64,000 bases of DNA from Octopus sinensis (taxonomy: Eukaryota): NCBI RefSeq assembly GCF_006345805.1, contig NC_043001.1, forward strand, positions 102,858,001 to 102,922,000, given 5' to 3'. This document shows, one piece after another, positions 25,510 to 37,686 of the stretch. Position 1 is the first letter of the stretch, and each line of letters begins with the position of its first letter. The notes below the pieces were generated by a model that saw only the letters and a list, made by a program, of their open reading frames with translations, was not told the DNA's origin and did not search any database. The translations under genes and the position numbers were made by a program.

Positions 25510-26090
25510 ACAAACATCTTAGTAACCTCAGACTTGGCTCCTTCCATACAGCTGGCCAGTATATCAGCAAGACATCTCCAATTGTTCTGGTTTTGAGCAT
25601 GGTTGCTGGCATCTTCCCACGTGGTGCTAAGTTGCTTCAGATCTTCTTTGAAGGTGGTATGCCATGCCTTCTCGAGTCTTCCTCTCTTTCTTTGTCCCTC
25701 AGTTGGTACCCATTGTATAGACATCTTGAGTATTCATTTAGTATTTTCTGGCAGTCAGAAAACATGACCTGCAAGTCTCACTCTTTTTCTGCCCCAATCT
25801 CCTGCAGGCTGTGCAGACCGATTCTTCTCAAGTCTTCAGAGTTTGTGATTCTGGCCCCTGCAGGTGATCTTCATTATTCTGTGAAGACACCATTGGTGGG
25901 ATGCATTCAACCTGTAAATGGTCTTGGCTATTATTTACCAAGCTTCTCTTGCATAGACTGCTGTTGGCAGCAGGATAATGCTCTAATACAGCAGGATCTT
26001 CAAGCTAATTAAAGTGCTGGCTCGGATTTTGTGCATTCTTCTGAACACTGCTGCTGCAAGCCCAATTCTAGAGTTGACATCTGCTTCAGT
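25510..26090 (-). mobile_element. Decayed RTE-type LINE C-terminal fragment (third family)
   Basis: DVNSRIGLAAAVFRRMHKI...WVPTEGQRKRGRLEKAWHTTFKEDLKQLSTTWEDA..AQNQNNWR. Confidence 0.75.
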
Positions 26091-26464
26091 ACACACACAC
26101 ACACACACACAGCTAGAGAAAGGTCAATTGGCAGAATACCTTGTGTTACAAGTCTCTATGCTCTCAGATCAAATCAAGTTTCAGTCAACCTTCCTGAGTT
26201 GATATAAAAGTACCAGTCCGAGAAGTTGGTTTGCAGTCACTCTTTTGTCGTTCTGACCATCAGAAATGCAGTGAATGGTTAATTGGAAGTCAATAACCAG
26301 TAATACTACTGTTGACTAACTGTGATATAAAATAAAATACACATAAAACCCATACACAGATATTCCAGATCTTTGTTCTATCAGCAACAATTACATCACT
26401 GATGACAAGGTGTAGTGGCCCAAATGGGCAGCCTTTCTTGTGGATAATTATTACTTTAGGTACA

Positions 26465-26845
26465 GGTGTGGCTGTGTGGCAAGAAGTTTGCTTCCCAACC
26501 ACATGGTTCAAAGTTCAATCTTAGTATGTGTTATCTCAGGCAAGTGTCTTTTACTATAGCCTTGGACCAACCAAAGCCTTGTGAGTGGATTTGGTAGACA
26601 GAAACTGAAGGAGGCCCATCTTACGTCTGTATGTCTTTGTCCACCACCACCACTTGACAACTTTGTAACTTAGTTCGTTTACAACTTTGTAACTTAGCAA
26701 TTCAGTAAAAGACACCAATAGAATAAATACCAGACTTTAAAACAAAAAAGGATTGGGGGTGGGGGCATTCTGTTCGACTAGGATTCTTCAAAGTGGTGCC
26801 TCATCATGACTGCAGCCTAATAAATGAAACAAGTAAAAAAAAAAA
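26465..26845 (+). mobile_element. SINE family A
   Basis: Head GTGTGGCTGTGTGGCAAG through tail TGAAACAAGTAAAA. Confidence 0.8.
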
Positions 26846-27039
26846 AAAGAAAAGAAAAAAAAACATAATGGAAAGGAGAGGCTCCATGCATTGGCAACGA
26901 CCAGTCTGCACAACTATCCTACTCCAGTGCATACATTGGTCAACTTTGACCAATGGAGGCCCTATATAGATAAAGACAGACAGAGAGAAAAGGGACAGAA
27001 ATTAATATGCACATGCTAAAACATACAGTTAAATGCAGC

Positions 27040-27234
27040 TATTACTCTTTTACTTGTTTCAGTCATTTGACTGTGGCCATACTGGAGCATCGCCTTTAGT
27101 CAAGCAGATTGACCCCAGAACTTATTCTTTGTAAGCCTAGTACTTATTCTATCAGTCTCTTTTGCTGAACCGCTATGTTACGAGGACGTAAACACACCAG
27201 CATTGGCTGTCAAGTGATGTTGGGGGGGAGGCAA

Positions 27235-27279
<45 letters not shown>

Positions 27280-27451
27280 CATGTATACGACGGGCTTCTT
27301 TCAGTTTCTGTCAATCAAATCCATTCACAAGGCATTGGTCGGCCTGAGGCTATAGTAGAAAACATTTGCCCAAGGTGCCACGCAGTGGGACTGAACCCGG
27401 AACCATGTGGTTGGTAAGCAAGCTACTTACCACACAGCCACTCCTACGCCT
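27040..27451 (-). mobile_element. SINE family A
   Basis: Reverse complement of the family A consensus, full length. Confidence 0.85.
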
Positions 27452-27771
27452 ATGTGGATAATTATGTGATTCCTTAGTTACACTTGTAAAAACCGAAAGA
27501 AGCCTTGTGTGTGTGTATGCACATATAGGAGTGGTGGTTTTGTTTGACACTGTGTGATAGTTGTAAATGAGTGCCACTGCTGTCACCAAAAAATATAAGC
27601 ATTAGTAAGAAAATATGTTTTCTAAAGTCCTTTTAGATATCTTTTCTGCAATGAGTTGCAGTCGCTGTCATTCTCACCATTAGAAACACAGTGAATGGTT
27701 AATAGGAAGTCAATAACCAGTAATGCTACTGTTGACTAATTGCAATGTAAAATAAATCCACATACAATCAT

Positions 27772-27817
<46 letters not shown>

Positions 27818-28787
27818 CAATATTCAAAATAAACAATAAGTAAATGGATAATTTTGAATTCAATGCATTTAAATTGATACATTATATTCTACACCTTTGA
27901 ATTTTATAGTAGTTGAAACATTATTTTGTCGTGAATAACAGAGTAATTTAATTGCTAAAAACAGCATGTTCAGACCAATATGTAAAGATCATGATTGAGT
28001 AGCAAATGTATTGATACCCAGTCAGGTGGGCTTGAAATCACTGATATTCAGATTTGATGGAATAGTGATGGAGGGAGTGGGGGTTTCAAGTTGAGATGAT
28101 AAACCAATTCCTGATAGGACCTGCGGCAGTTGGAACAAGCAGTTCAGTTCACTTGAAATGCATTTTTAAAAAAAATTTTCAAATTGCTGACCTAACCAAC
28201 CCATACTGATGTAAAGAAAAAGGGGAAGGAAACTGAACTGAAACAGACAATGACGTTAATAAAAAGATGGTGAGGGCAAGAAAAATGACAGATCAGTTAT
28301 GCTCAATAAGCACACTCAATGACCTGAAGCCAACAAATGGAGAACAAAAATTCTGAAGTTAAATTCTATAAATGCAGAGAAATTTTAGAGAAAGCTATTA
28401 GTGAAATTAGTGCTACCAATAATTTAGTAATGGAGATAGGGTAAGGGGGCATATTTCAGAAAATGTAATCTATTTCTTAATCAACAAGTCGGTTTTCCAC
28501 TAAATAGTTAGTGGTTGTTTCAAGAATGAGGTTAGAGGCATGTGGTGATTTTATGAAAGTTAAAGGCAACAACTAGACTGTGAGTGGGAGTGGAGTTGTT
28601 TCCATTTCAAAACCTGCTTAACTGTGCTTCATAAATACACCAACACATACAAAGTCAAACATACACATATACATACATATCATCATCATCATCATCATCA
28701 TCACACACATATATGTACATATACACATACATATAATTATATATATGTATATACCTACACACATATATGTACATATATAAACACATA

Positions 28788-28952
28788 CATCATCATCGTT
28801 TAACGTCCGTTTTCCATGCTAGCATGGGTTGGATGGTTTGACCGAGGTCTGGGAAGTCAGAAGGCTGCACCAGGCTCCAGTGTGATCTGGCAGTGTTTCT
28901 ACAGCTTGATGCCCTTCCTAACGCCAACCATTCCGTGAGTGTACTGGGTACC
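28788..28952 (-). mobile_element. Short RTE-3'-end element
   Basis: Terminal ~165 bp of the family. Confidence 0.8.
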
Positions 28953-29119
28953 TACACATCCACACACCCACACATATATATATATATATATATACACACA
29001 TATTACACAAACATACATATATATATATATACATATTACACACACACACATACATATATATACATATTACACACACACACATACATATATATATACATAT
29101 TACACACACACACATACAT

Positions 29120-29152
<33 letters not shown>

Positions 29153-29153
29153 T

Positions 29154-29201
<48 letters not shown>

Positions 29202-29235
29202 TACACACACATACATATATATATATATACATATT

Positions 29236-29272
<37 letters not shown>

Positions 29273-29278
29273 CATATT

Positions 29279-29324
<46 letters not shown>

Positions 29325-29363
29325 TACACACACATACATTATATATATATATATATACATATT

Positions 29364-29411
<48 letters not shown>

Positions 29412-29416
29412 TACAC

Positions 29417-29455
<39 letters not shown>

Positions 29456-29456
29456 T

Positions 29457-29500
<44 letters not shown>

Positions 29501-29519
29501 TACACATACATATATATAT

Positions 29520-30349
29520 GGAAAAGAGGATGCCCTGAAACTCCCATACTCCCTTCCTTCAGGTGAAACTCTCACGGCGTCCAACAACATCAGAGACTTG
29601 GGAGTAATTGTGGACAACAACGTAAGCTGGGCCACTCATATAACACCAAAGTTGACATGGCCCGCAGAATGTGTTCCTGGATTCTCAGAACTTTCCAGTC
29701 GAGAGATATCCACACCATTATCCTTCTCTTCTCCACTTTTGCCCGACCCCACCTTGAATACTGTTGTCCACTGTGTCTCCCCACACATACAAGGTATCAT
29801 AAAAGTCGAAGCACCTCAAAGGCAATCACAAAAAAGATAGATGGCATGACAGGCCTCGACTATTGGGGTCGACTAGAAAAGCTAAAACTCTATTCTCTCC
29901 AACGTCGTCGTGAGCGCTACATCATCTGCATGATGTGGAAAATATTCCATCAGCATTGCCAAATGATGTTGGCATCACCTTTAAGGTACATCCAAGGCTT
30001 GGGCCCCGTGCCATCCGCCCAAAACAAAAATCGCACTCTCATCTCATAACAACAATACGGCACAATTATTTCACCTCAATTGGCCCCGCTCTCTTTAACA
30101 TTACACCAAAACACATTAAAACAGAAACTGACCCTATAGGGTTCAAGAAGTCTTTGGACAGATTCCTTCAAGAAATCCCGGATAAACCCCCTACACCCGG
30201 ATATGTCTCTGTAAACAATAACTCTCTACTTGAGTGGGCCATAGTGCCCAAATTCTGACTTGAAAGACTTCACCAGGTGGTGCTATTAAGTTAGACATGG
30301 CCTGGGCCAATAATGGCCGAAACCTATCAAAGTATCAAAGTATCAAAGT
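29520..30349 (+). mobile_element. 5'-truncated CR1/L2-type LINE (RT C-terminus, 3'UTR, tandem tail)
   Basis: [19 protein letters not shown](W), YWGRLEKLKLYSLQRRRERY, GPALFN, FKKSLDRFL spread across frameshifted frames. Tail (TATCAAAG)3 at about 30324-30349. Confidence 0.88.
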
Positions 30350-30401
30350 ATATATATATACATATTACACACACATACATACATATATATATATACATAT
30401 T

Positions 30402-30434
<33 letters not shown>

Positions 30435-30548
30435 CATATTACACACACATACATACATATATATATATATATATACATATTACACACACATACATACATA
30501 TATATAATATATATATATATAATGTATATATATATACATATTACACAC

Positions 30549-30595
<47 letters not shown>

Positions 30596-30599
30596 CATT

Positions 30600-30652
<53 letters not shown>

Positions 30653-30695
30653 AATATTACACCACATACATACATATATATATATATACATATTA

Positions 30696-31025
30696 TAAGG
30701 CGGCGAGCTGGCAGAAACGTTAGCACGCCAGGGGAAATGCGTAGCCGTATTTCGTCTGCCGCTACGTTCTGAGTTCAAATTCCGCCGAGGTCGTAAGGCG
30801 GCGAGCTGGCAGAAACGTTAGCACGCCAGGGGAAATGCGTAGCCGTATTTCGTCTGCCGCTACGTTCTGAGTTCAAATTCCGCCGAGGTCGACTTTGCCT
30901 TTCATCCTTTCGGGGTCGATTAAATAAGTACCAGTTACGCACTGGAGTCGATATAATCGACTTAATCCGTTTGTCTGTCCTTGTTTGTCCCCCCTGCGTT
31001 TAGCCCCTTGTGGGTAGTAAAGAAA
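30696..31025 (+). mobile_element. tRNA-derived SINE family B with tandemly duplicated 98-bp head
   Basis: GGCGGCGAGCTGGCAGAAACGTTAG (A box) ... GAGTTCAAATTCC (B box). Head present twice. Confidence 0.87.
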
Positions 31026-31043
31026 TATATATACATATTACAT

Positions 31044-31093
<50 letters not shown>

Positions 31094-31094
31094 T

Positions 31095-31139
<45 letters not shown>

Positions 31140-31199
31140 TACATACAAACACACCTATATACAGACACACACATACACACATATGTAAATGTCAAATGA

Positions 31200-31760
31200 T
31201 GAAAATGAGTGCTCTCCATGCCAGCAGGCACCTCTTTTGTGGAACTTGCAGATAGACCTTTTTCTCTGAGAGGGTCTGATTTGGGTTTTTATTTTAGAAC
31301 CATTTTCACTGAGCTTTCGTCTGGTTTCATCTTTTTCTACTTCTTCATTGCTACTTTGGGACTGTGGTTGTTTGCACTTTTCTCGTTTCCTTCCTTGTTG
31401 AGCTTTTTATCTTTGCTGTTGATGTTGCCACTGCTTTCCATGTGTGGTTTCTCACAAGCAGTGTCATCAATTTTTACCACTTTTGAAAATGATGTCCAGT
31501 TTCTCCAGGTGTGGCCATATGAGCACATAAGATCGGATGAACTAATTCTTCTTCTTCCACTCTATTTGTGCCACAGATCTAGAGAAACCATTGCTCTTCA
31601 GGGCAGCTGTAATCAAATTATTTGGTGAATCACTTTCTGCGATTTCTCAGGCACATAGGAACAATCCTATCACTGTAGACTTCCAATTTCTTGCCATCTT
31701 CCTTGTGGTGTATAGCTGTGGTTGTGTGTACAGTTGGTTTTTGAGTGCAGGTATGGAGAG
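31200..31760 (-). pseudogene. Probable decayed LINE ORF1 remnant (low-complexity linker plus CCCH-like finger)
   Basis: Broken frames TTAIHHKEDGKKLEVYSDRIVPMCLRNR and RSICKFHKRGACWHGE; truncated by the satellite at 31190. Confidence 0.35.
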
Positions 31761-32044
31761 AGAAGAGAAGTGATGGGAGAAAGACAGGAGGGGAATGAGA
31801 AGTTGGGTAGATAAGAGGAGAAGCAAGCCAGGGGAGGGAAGAGACCAAAAGGGGTGATGGGGGAAATGTGAGGGGACAGACTGGAAAGTTAAGGCAGAGA
31901 AGGGGGCAGAGAGGAGATTGAGAGGGAAGCAGAGATGAGGGAAGGGTAGGGTATGCAGGGGGAATGGATGTGCAGATAAGTGGGGGATTGGGTTGATGGA
32001 GATAAGGGAGGGGATAAGTGGGAGTGAGAGAGGGAAAGAGAGAC

Positions 32045-32575
32045 TAGAATATTTGTAAATAAGAGCAAAGTTGTAGAGAGAAAAAGAGTGAAAGGAAGAA
32101 AGGGTATGCATTTGGAGAAAGTGAAGGAGAGGTGGGGATAGACTAGATACACAATGATTCTAGTACAGAGAGAGAGAGAAAAAGAGGGGGAGAGAGAGGA
32201 GAATGCATCACTAGTGTTTGAGTGAGAAAGTGAGTAAATATATTTGTAAATAAGAGAAAAAGAGTGAACGGAAAAAAGGATATATATTTGGGGAAAGTGA
32301 GAGGAGGAGAGAGAGACTAGATACACATTTATTTTAGTTCAGGGGGAGGGGCAGAGAGGAGGAGGAGGAGGATGTATCACTAGGGTCTGAGTGAGAAGTA
32401 AAAGTCTTTGAAAATAAGAGTAAAGTGGAGAGAAAAAAAGACATACATTTGGAGAGAGTGGGAAAGAGACTAAATACACATTGATTCTAGTAGAGAGAGA
32501 GAGAGGAGTATGTATCACTAGTGTTTGAGTGAGAGAGTAAGTCAGTAAATATATTTGGAGAAAGTGAACCAGGAG
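32045..32575. repeat. Three diverged ~150-175-bp purine-rich tandem units
   Basis: Markers GACTAGATACACA at ~32141, ~32316, ~32468 and ATCACTAG(T/G)G at ~32208, ~32377, ~32515. Confidence 0.7.
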
Positions 32576-33598
32576 CTGATGTGGACAGTTGACATGTGTG
32601 AGACAGTATCAGACGGTTGGTTCAAAGTGAATGCTGGGAAGTTGGCATCAGTGGTTGATGTAAACGGTAAGCGATGTGAGTTGGTGTCAGACTGTTGCTT
32701 TGAAGTCAGAGCCAAGGAGTCGACATACGCAGTTTATGTGAACAGATGATATGACAGTCTGTGCCTGGAATCAAGGTGAGGCATTTGATGTCGGGTACTT
32801 GGGTACTTCATGTGGAACAGTTGACACAGGAGACAGTTGACATCAGCTGGTGTGATGGTGTGATGTCAGTCAGTTAAGGAACAGTGGTGTCCTTACTGTG
32901 AAGAGGACGGTTTTGAACTGACTGCAAAATTAGTCACTGTGAACTTGGCAGCATAAAAACACAGAGTGTCAAGTTGGCTTTCAGACTAATGTGAAGTTGG
33001 AAGTAACAACAGAGTCCAGTCAAAAAGAGAAATATATAGAAAATAAATCATTTGACTAGTGAATAAAAGTAGAGCTCACATAACGAAGTCTATTCTACAC
33101 ATTTTAGAGGTAAATGAAAGAACTCACTAAAATATATTCCATAAATTTTTATTCGCTGCTTAATTAAAGTTCTTTTATTTTGCTTAAACTCAAAAGTTTT
33201 GTGTGTGCTTGTCAACTCTTCTGACTTCTATAACTACTACTTCTTCCTCTCTAAGCAAGTGGGCTTGCTGAGCTGGCCTGTGGTTATTCCTCACTGCTGT
33301 CCAAACTGCTGCAGCTATGTTGGTGGTGGTACCAAGAGGTTGCAGTGCACAACAATATATATAAATATATATGTATAAGTTCAGCAAAATTTAGATTCAG
33401 ATGAATATGGTACTTAAGTTAAAGGCACCAGAATTTGGTATGGTATTATCCATGCTGAAGAGTGCTCTACATTTTAAAACTGATGTAATACTTACATTGT
33501 TTAATTAAATGAAGTAGCATGAAACGATTGTGCTACACTACCTTAGATATCCTTGTTGCATATTTTGAGTATGTATATATATATATATATATATATAT

Positions 33599-33826
33599 AA
33601 GGCGAGCTGGTAGAATAATTACCACGGTGGGCAAAATGCTTAACGGTATTTTGTCTGCCGCTACGTTCTGAGTTCAAATTCCGCCGAGGTTAACTTTGCT
33701 TTTCATCCTTTCAGGGTCAATTAAATAAGTACCAGTTACGCACTGGGGTCGATTTAACCGACTTAATCCATTTGTCTGTCCTTGTTTGTCCACTCTATGT
33801 TTAGCCCCTTGTGGGCAATAAAGAAT
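33599..33826 (+). mobile_element. SINE family B
   Basis: Matches 30794-31025. Confidence 0.85.
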
Positions 33827-33838
33827 TAAATATATATA

Positions 33839-34611
33839 TATCCGACTCGGGGCTGTGGCACGTAAAATACTCCAATGCGACCGTACGACAGGCACCCATG
33901 CCAACCCCCTTTGCTTGTGAAGACATGTTGGGGCAAGCGAAATCGAAATCGAATTGAACCAGCCAGGATCCCTGGTCTGGTGGTACGTAAAGCACTATCC
34001 GACTCGTGGCCGTGGCACGTAAAATACTCCAATGCGACCATACGACAGGCACCCTTGCCAATCCCCTTTGCTTGTGAAGACATGTTGGGGCAAGCGAAAT
34101 CGAAATCGAATTGAACCAGCCAGTATCCCTGGTCTGGTGGTACGTAAAGCACTATCCGACTCGTGGCCGTGGCACGTAAAATACTCCAATGCGACCGTAC
34201 GACAGGCACCCTTGCCAACCCCTTTTGCTTGTGAAGACATGTTGGGGCAAGCGAAATCGAAATCGAATTGAACCAGCCAGGATCCCTGGTCTGGTGGTAC
34301 GTAAAAAGCACTATCCGACTCGTGGCCGATGCCAGCACCGCCTCGACTGGCTTCCGTGCCGGTGGCACATAAAATACACCAATCTGACCGTGGCCGTTGC
34401 CAGCCCCGCCTGGCACCTGTGCAGGTGGCACGTAAAAAGCACCCACTACACTCACGGAGTGGTTGGCGTTAGGAAGGGCATCCAGCTGTAGAAACATTGC
34501 CAAATTAGACTGGAGCCTGGTGCAGCCTTCTGGCTTCCCAGAACCCCGGTCGAACCGTCCAACCCATGCTAGCATGGAGAACGGACGTTAAACGACGATG
34601 ATGATGATGAT
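33839..34611 (+). mobile_element. RTE-3'-end element with an internal 157-bp unit repeated 3 times
   Basis: Unit starts TCCGACTCG at 33841, 33998 and 34155, with a partial fourth at 34314. Canonical terminus at 34440-34611. Confidence 0.88.
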
Positions 34612-34617
34612 ATATAT

Positions 34618-34905
34618 CATCATCATCATTTTACATCTGTTGGATGGTTCGTGTGGTGTTTGGGAAGCCAGGAGGCTGCACCAGGCTACAGTCTGATCTA
34701 GCAAAGTTTCTATAGCTGGATACCCTTCCTAATGTCAACCACTCTGAGAGTGTAGTGGGTGCTTTTTACGTGCCACCAGCACAAGGGGCCAGAGGAGCTG
34801 GCATCGACCATGATTGGATGGTGCTTTTTACGTACCACTGGCACGGAAGCCAGTCAAGGCAGCACTGGCATTGGCCACGTTTGGATGGTGCGTTTTACGT
34901 GCTAC
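34618..34905 (-). mobile_element. Short RTE-3'-end element, tail-to-tail with the previous copy
   Basis: (CAT)n tail begins about 6 bp after the (GAT)n tail of 33839-34611. Confidence 0.8.
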
Positions 34906-35009
34906 CAATATATACATGCACACATAGCAAACAGACTCTCCTGCCAGTTTTGACATGTGAAGATCTGACAACCTACACTTTTTTTATCAATCATAATGCT
35001 AGTGGTGAA

Positions 35010-36300
35010 TGTGGCATTTGAGTCCTGCAAATAATTTGCAAAACAAGCCTGCAGATGTTGCAAGTATGAGGATTATGGGTCAATGCAAGCAGTATATTTG
35101 TAGCCACTTTTCTCCTTTGCCTTGCACCTCTTAGCCTGTTACCATTTTGACATGACTATCTCCATTTTGTTCGCTCAGAGGTTGTTTGTTCAAAGTGTTG
35201 TGAGCTATATTGACTGCTAAGAGGTTAGCTGAGCCATAGTTGACCAATATTCCTGAGCCCACTATCAAGCTGGCTGTACATGAGGAGTTTGGATATTCCT
35301 TCATCACTGATTCTAACAATTCGACCAGCCTAGTGCAACTGTGACTGCATATGGAAGCTCTCAATTCTGCCAATCTTACACTTGCAAAACAGATCGACAT
35401 TAGACAGGCTTTTAAAGAATACCCACACATTGTCCTGAGACAGCTTTTGTGGAAGACACCTAGTTGCTTTACTGTGCCACCTATAGGATCTCCATGATTC
35501 TGATTCATACAAGAGAATAGTAAGAATGGCAACCTTCTTGACCTGTACTTCGGTATCAAGTTTAATGCCCTTTTCATTCCATAAGCGATAACAGAGTTTG
35601 CCAAATGCATTGATTGCTTTCGCAAGACAGTTGACAGTTTCATCATAAAGGCAAGTGCTCGGATATATGTAATGACATCACATACTTTAGGCTTCTGCCG
35701 TCAACCTCTATCAGAGTGTCAGGGAAATTGTGAACTGGCAGCCTCTGCTTCACACCCTGAATTTGCTTTAAAGTGGGGCAAGGTTGTTAGATCACGTCCT
35801 TCTTCTTCTTCATACTGATGGTCAAGCTGAAGGTTTTATATGCAGCAGAAAACTGGTCTAGGAATTCCTGAGCTTCCCTCAAAGAAGTTGCTACCAGTCC
35901 AGCATCTTCTGAAAAAAGCAGATCACAAATGATACTGGTACATAGCAGTGTTTTGGCATTGAAACACTAATGATTGAATAGTCCACCACTTGTTCAAAAC
36001 CAGAATTTAACACCACTTTCTACTACACCACCAAAAGCATACTTCAGTGTTACTGTAAAGAAGAGTGTAAACAAAACAGGCCATGACACAACTTTCCTTT
36101 GTGCCATTTGTAACATAGAAGAAAGCTGAAGATTCCCCCACTGGACACGACAGCAGCTTTCATCCCCTCATGAAAGGAGATGATAACATTCAACATCTTG
36201 TTAGGTATATCAAGCTTTATCAGAACTTTACAAAGTGCATGACTTACTGAGTCCATCGACAGTGTCCATGGCCTTAGTAAGGTCAATGAACACCATGAAC
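35010..36300 (-). mobile_element. Decayed RTE (BovB-like) LINE RT/C-terminal fragment
   Basis: Broken frames give MVFIDLTKA..DSVS, KMLNVIISFHEGMKA, LAKAINAFGKL, LYLLVxIRIMEIL and a terminal TCxxC-like motif. Confidence 0.7.
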
Positions 36301-37296
36301 AGACAAGATATTTGAAACAACAGCTGAGTGACTGACTATATTCAACTGAAATACTGAAATTTTAATTTATGAGACATAAAAACTATGAGGCATATTTTGA
36401 AAACTACATGGTTCTGGATTTGATCCCACTACATGTCAACATGAACAAATGTCTTCTACCTAAACTTTCGGTCAACCTAAACCTTGTAAATTAAAGTGAG
36501 TACAAAAGAACTGTGCAGAAGCCTATCAGATAGATAGAAACCTTTTCTCTTGTCTAGTTTCATCATGCCATCCAAATACTAGGGTGCCTTTCCTGGAGCT
36601 CATTTCGTTGCAAATATTCAAATAGGTTTTGGGTCTCAGGATAACTTAACATCTTTATATGAGGTTTCTTACTGCAACAACCATTTTCTTGAGACCCTGT
36701 AGCAAGTATATGTTACCTTTCCTCCTTTAAGCAAGCTTTTCAAAATAATTTATATCACCAGGGCACATGGGGTGCCCGGGTGGGATAGTATCTCTGACAA
36801 AGGAACACATAGTGCTCTTTGGAACAGTTCATTCACTTTGGTCCTCACCTGACACAGCTCTCCCCTGTGGCTCCGCAAAGCTGTGTCCATGCATCAGTTT
36901 CCACACCCCAGGCAATAGCTTCCACAAGCCAGCTAAGCCATGGTGAGTGTAACCAATGACTTTCAAACCTTTGGTGAGCTTAGGCTTGTCTACCTATACA
37001 TGTGAAGACAGTACCCAGTGGACTGTGCGGAGGAAACCACCAGACGTCATGTGGGGAGGCAGTGTGGAGTGAAGGCATGTCGAATTTAGTTGCTTTCAAG
37101 TTTGTTGCTAACGTTACAGAAATATTTGTGTTACAGAAATATTAGAAGCAGCTAAAACAAAGTCAGTGCAGTCCCCTTAGCTTTACTAATAATGCATCAG
37201 CATTGAAAGTAATTTGAGTTTCAACTATTTTATAGGATTACATATTCAAAATGTAGAATAGGAAGTGAACTTAATAATAATATTATAATAGCATGC

Positions 37297-37686
37297 AAGC
37301 ATAGCTGTGTGGTAAGAGGCTTGCTTCCCAAACACAAGGTTCCAGGTTCAGTCCCACTGTGTGGCACCTTGGGCAAGTGTCTTCTACTTTAGCCTTGGGC
37401 CAACTAAAGCCTTGTCAGTGGATTTGGTAGACGGAAATTGAAAGAAGCTCATCGTAGATGTGTGTGTGTCTGTCTGTCTGTTTGTCCCCCACCACCACCA
37501 CCATCACTTGACAACCAATGTTGATGTATTTACACCCCCATAACTCAGCAGTTCAGCAAAAAGAGACTGATAGGACAAGTACTGGGCTTACAGAGAATAA
37601 GTCATGGGGTCAATTTCTTTGACTAAAGGCAATGCTCCAGCATGGCCACAGTCAAATGACTGAAACGGGTAAAAGAATAAAAGAAT
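37297..37686 (+). mobile_element. SINE family A
   Basis: Full-length match to 456-855. Confidence 0.85.

Larger units (their letters stand above)
28955..31190. repeat. Compound minisatellite, unit ~CATATTACACACACATACAT(AT)n, interrupted by a CR1 LINE and a SINE
   Basis: The same CATATTAC-anchored unit recurs in 28955-29519, 30350-30695 and 31026-31190. Confidence 0.9.

Noticed and set aside
28893-30778. Long ORFs rich in YI/TH/CV (e.g. 28893-29840, 28939-29424, 30297-30698, and similar at 3104-3514, 24720-25387, 39504-39879, 42071-42444)
   Set aside because: Read-through of (TA)n/(CA)n microsatellites, which lack stop codons in some frames; no coding signal.
30699-30790. SINE heads (families A, B, C) as tRNA genes
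   Set aside because: They have A/B boxes but continue into SINE bodies and do not give a full cloverleaf.
33841-34330. 157-bp direct repeats as a CRISPR-like array
   Set aside because: Units are contiguous with no unique spacers, lie inside a retroelement UTR and are in a eukaryotic context.
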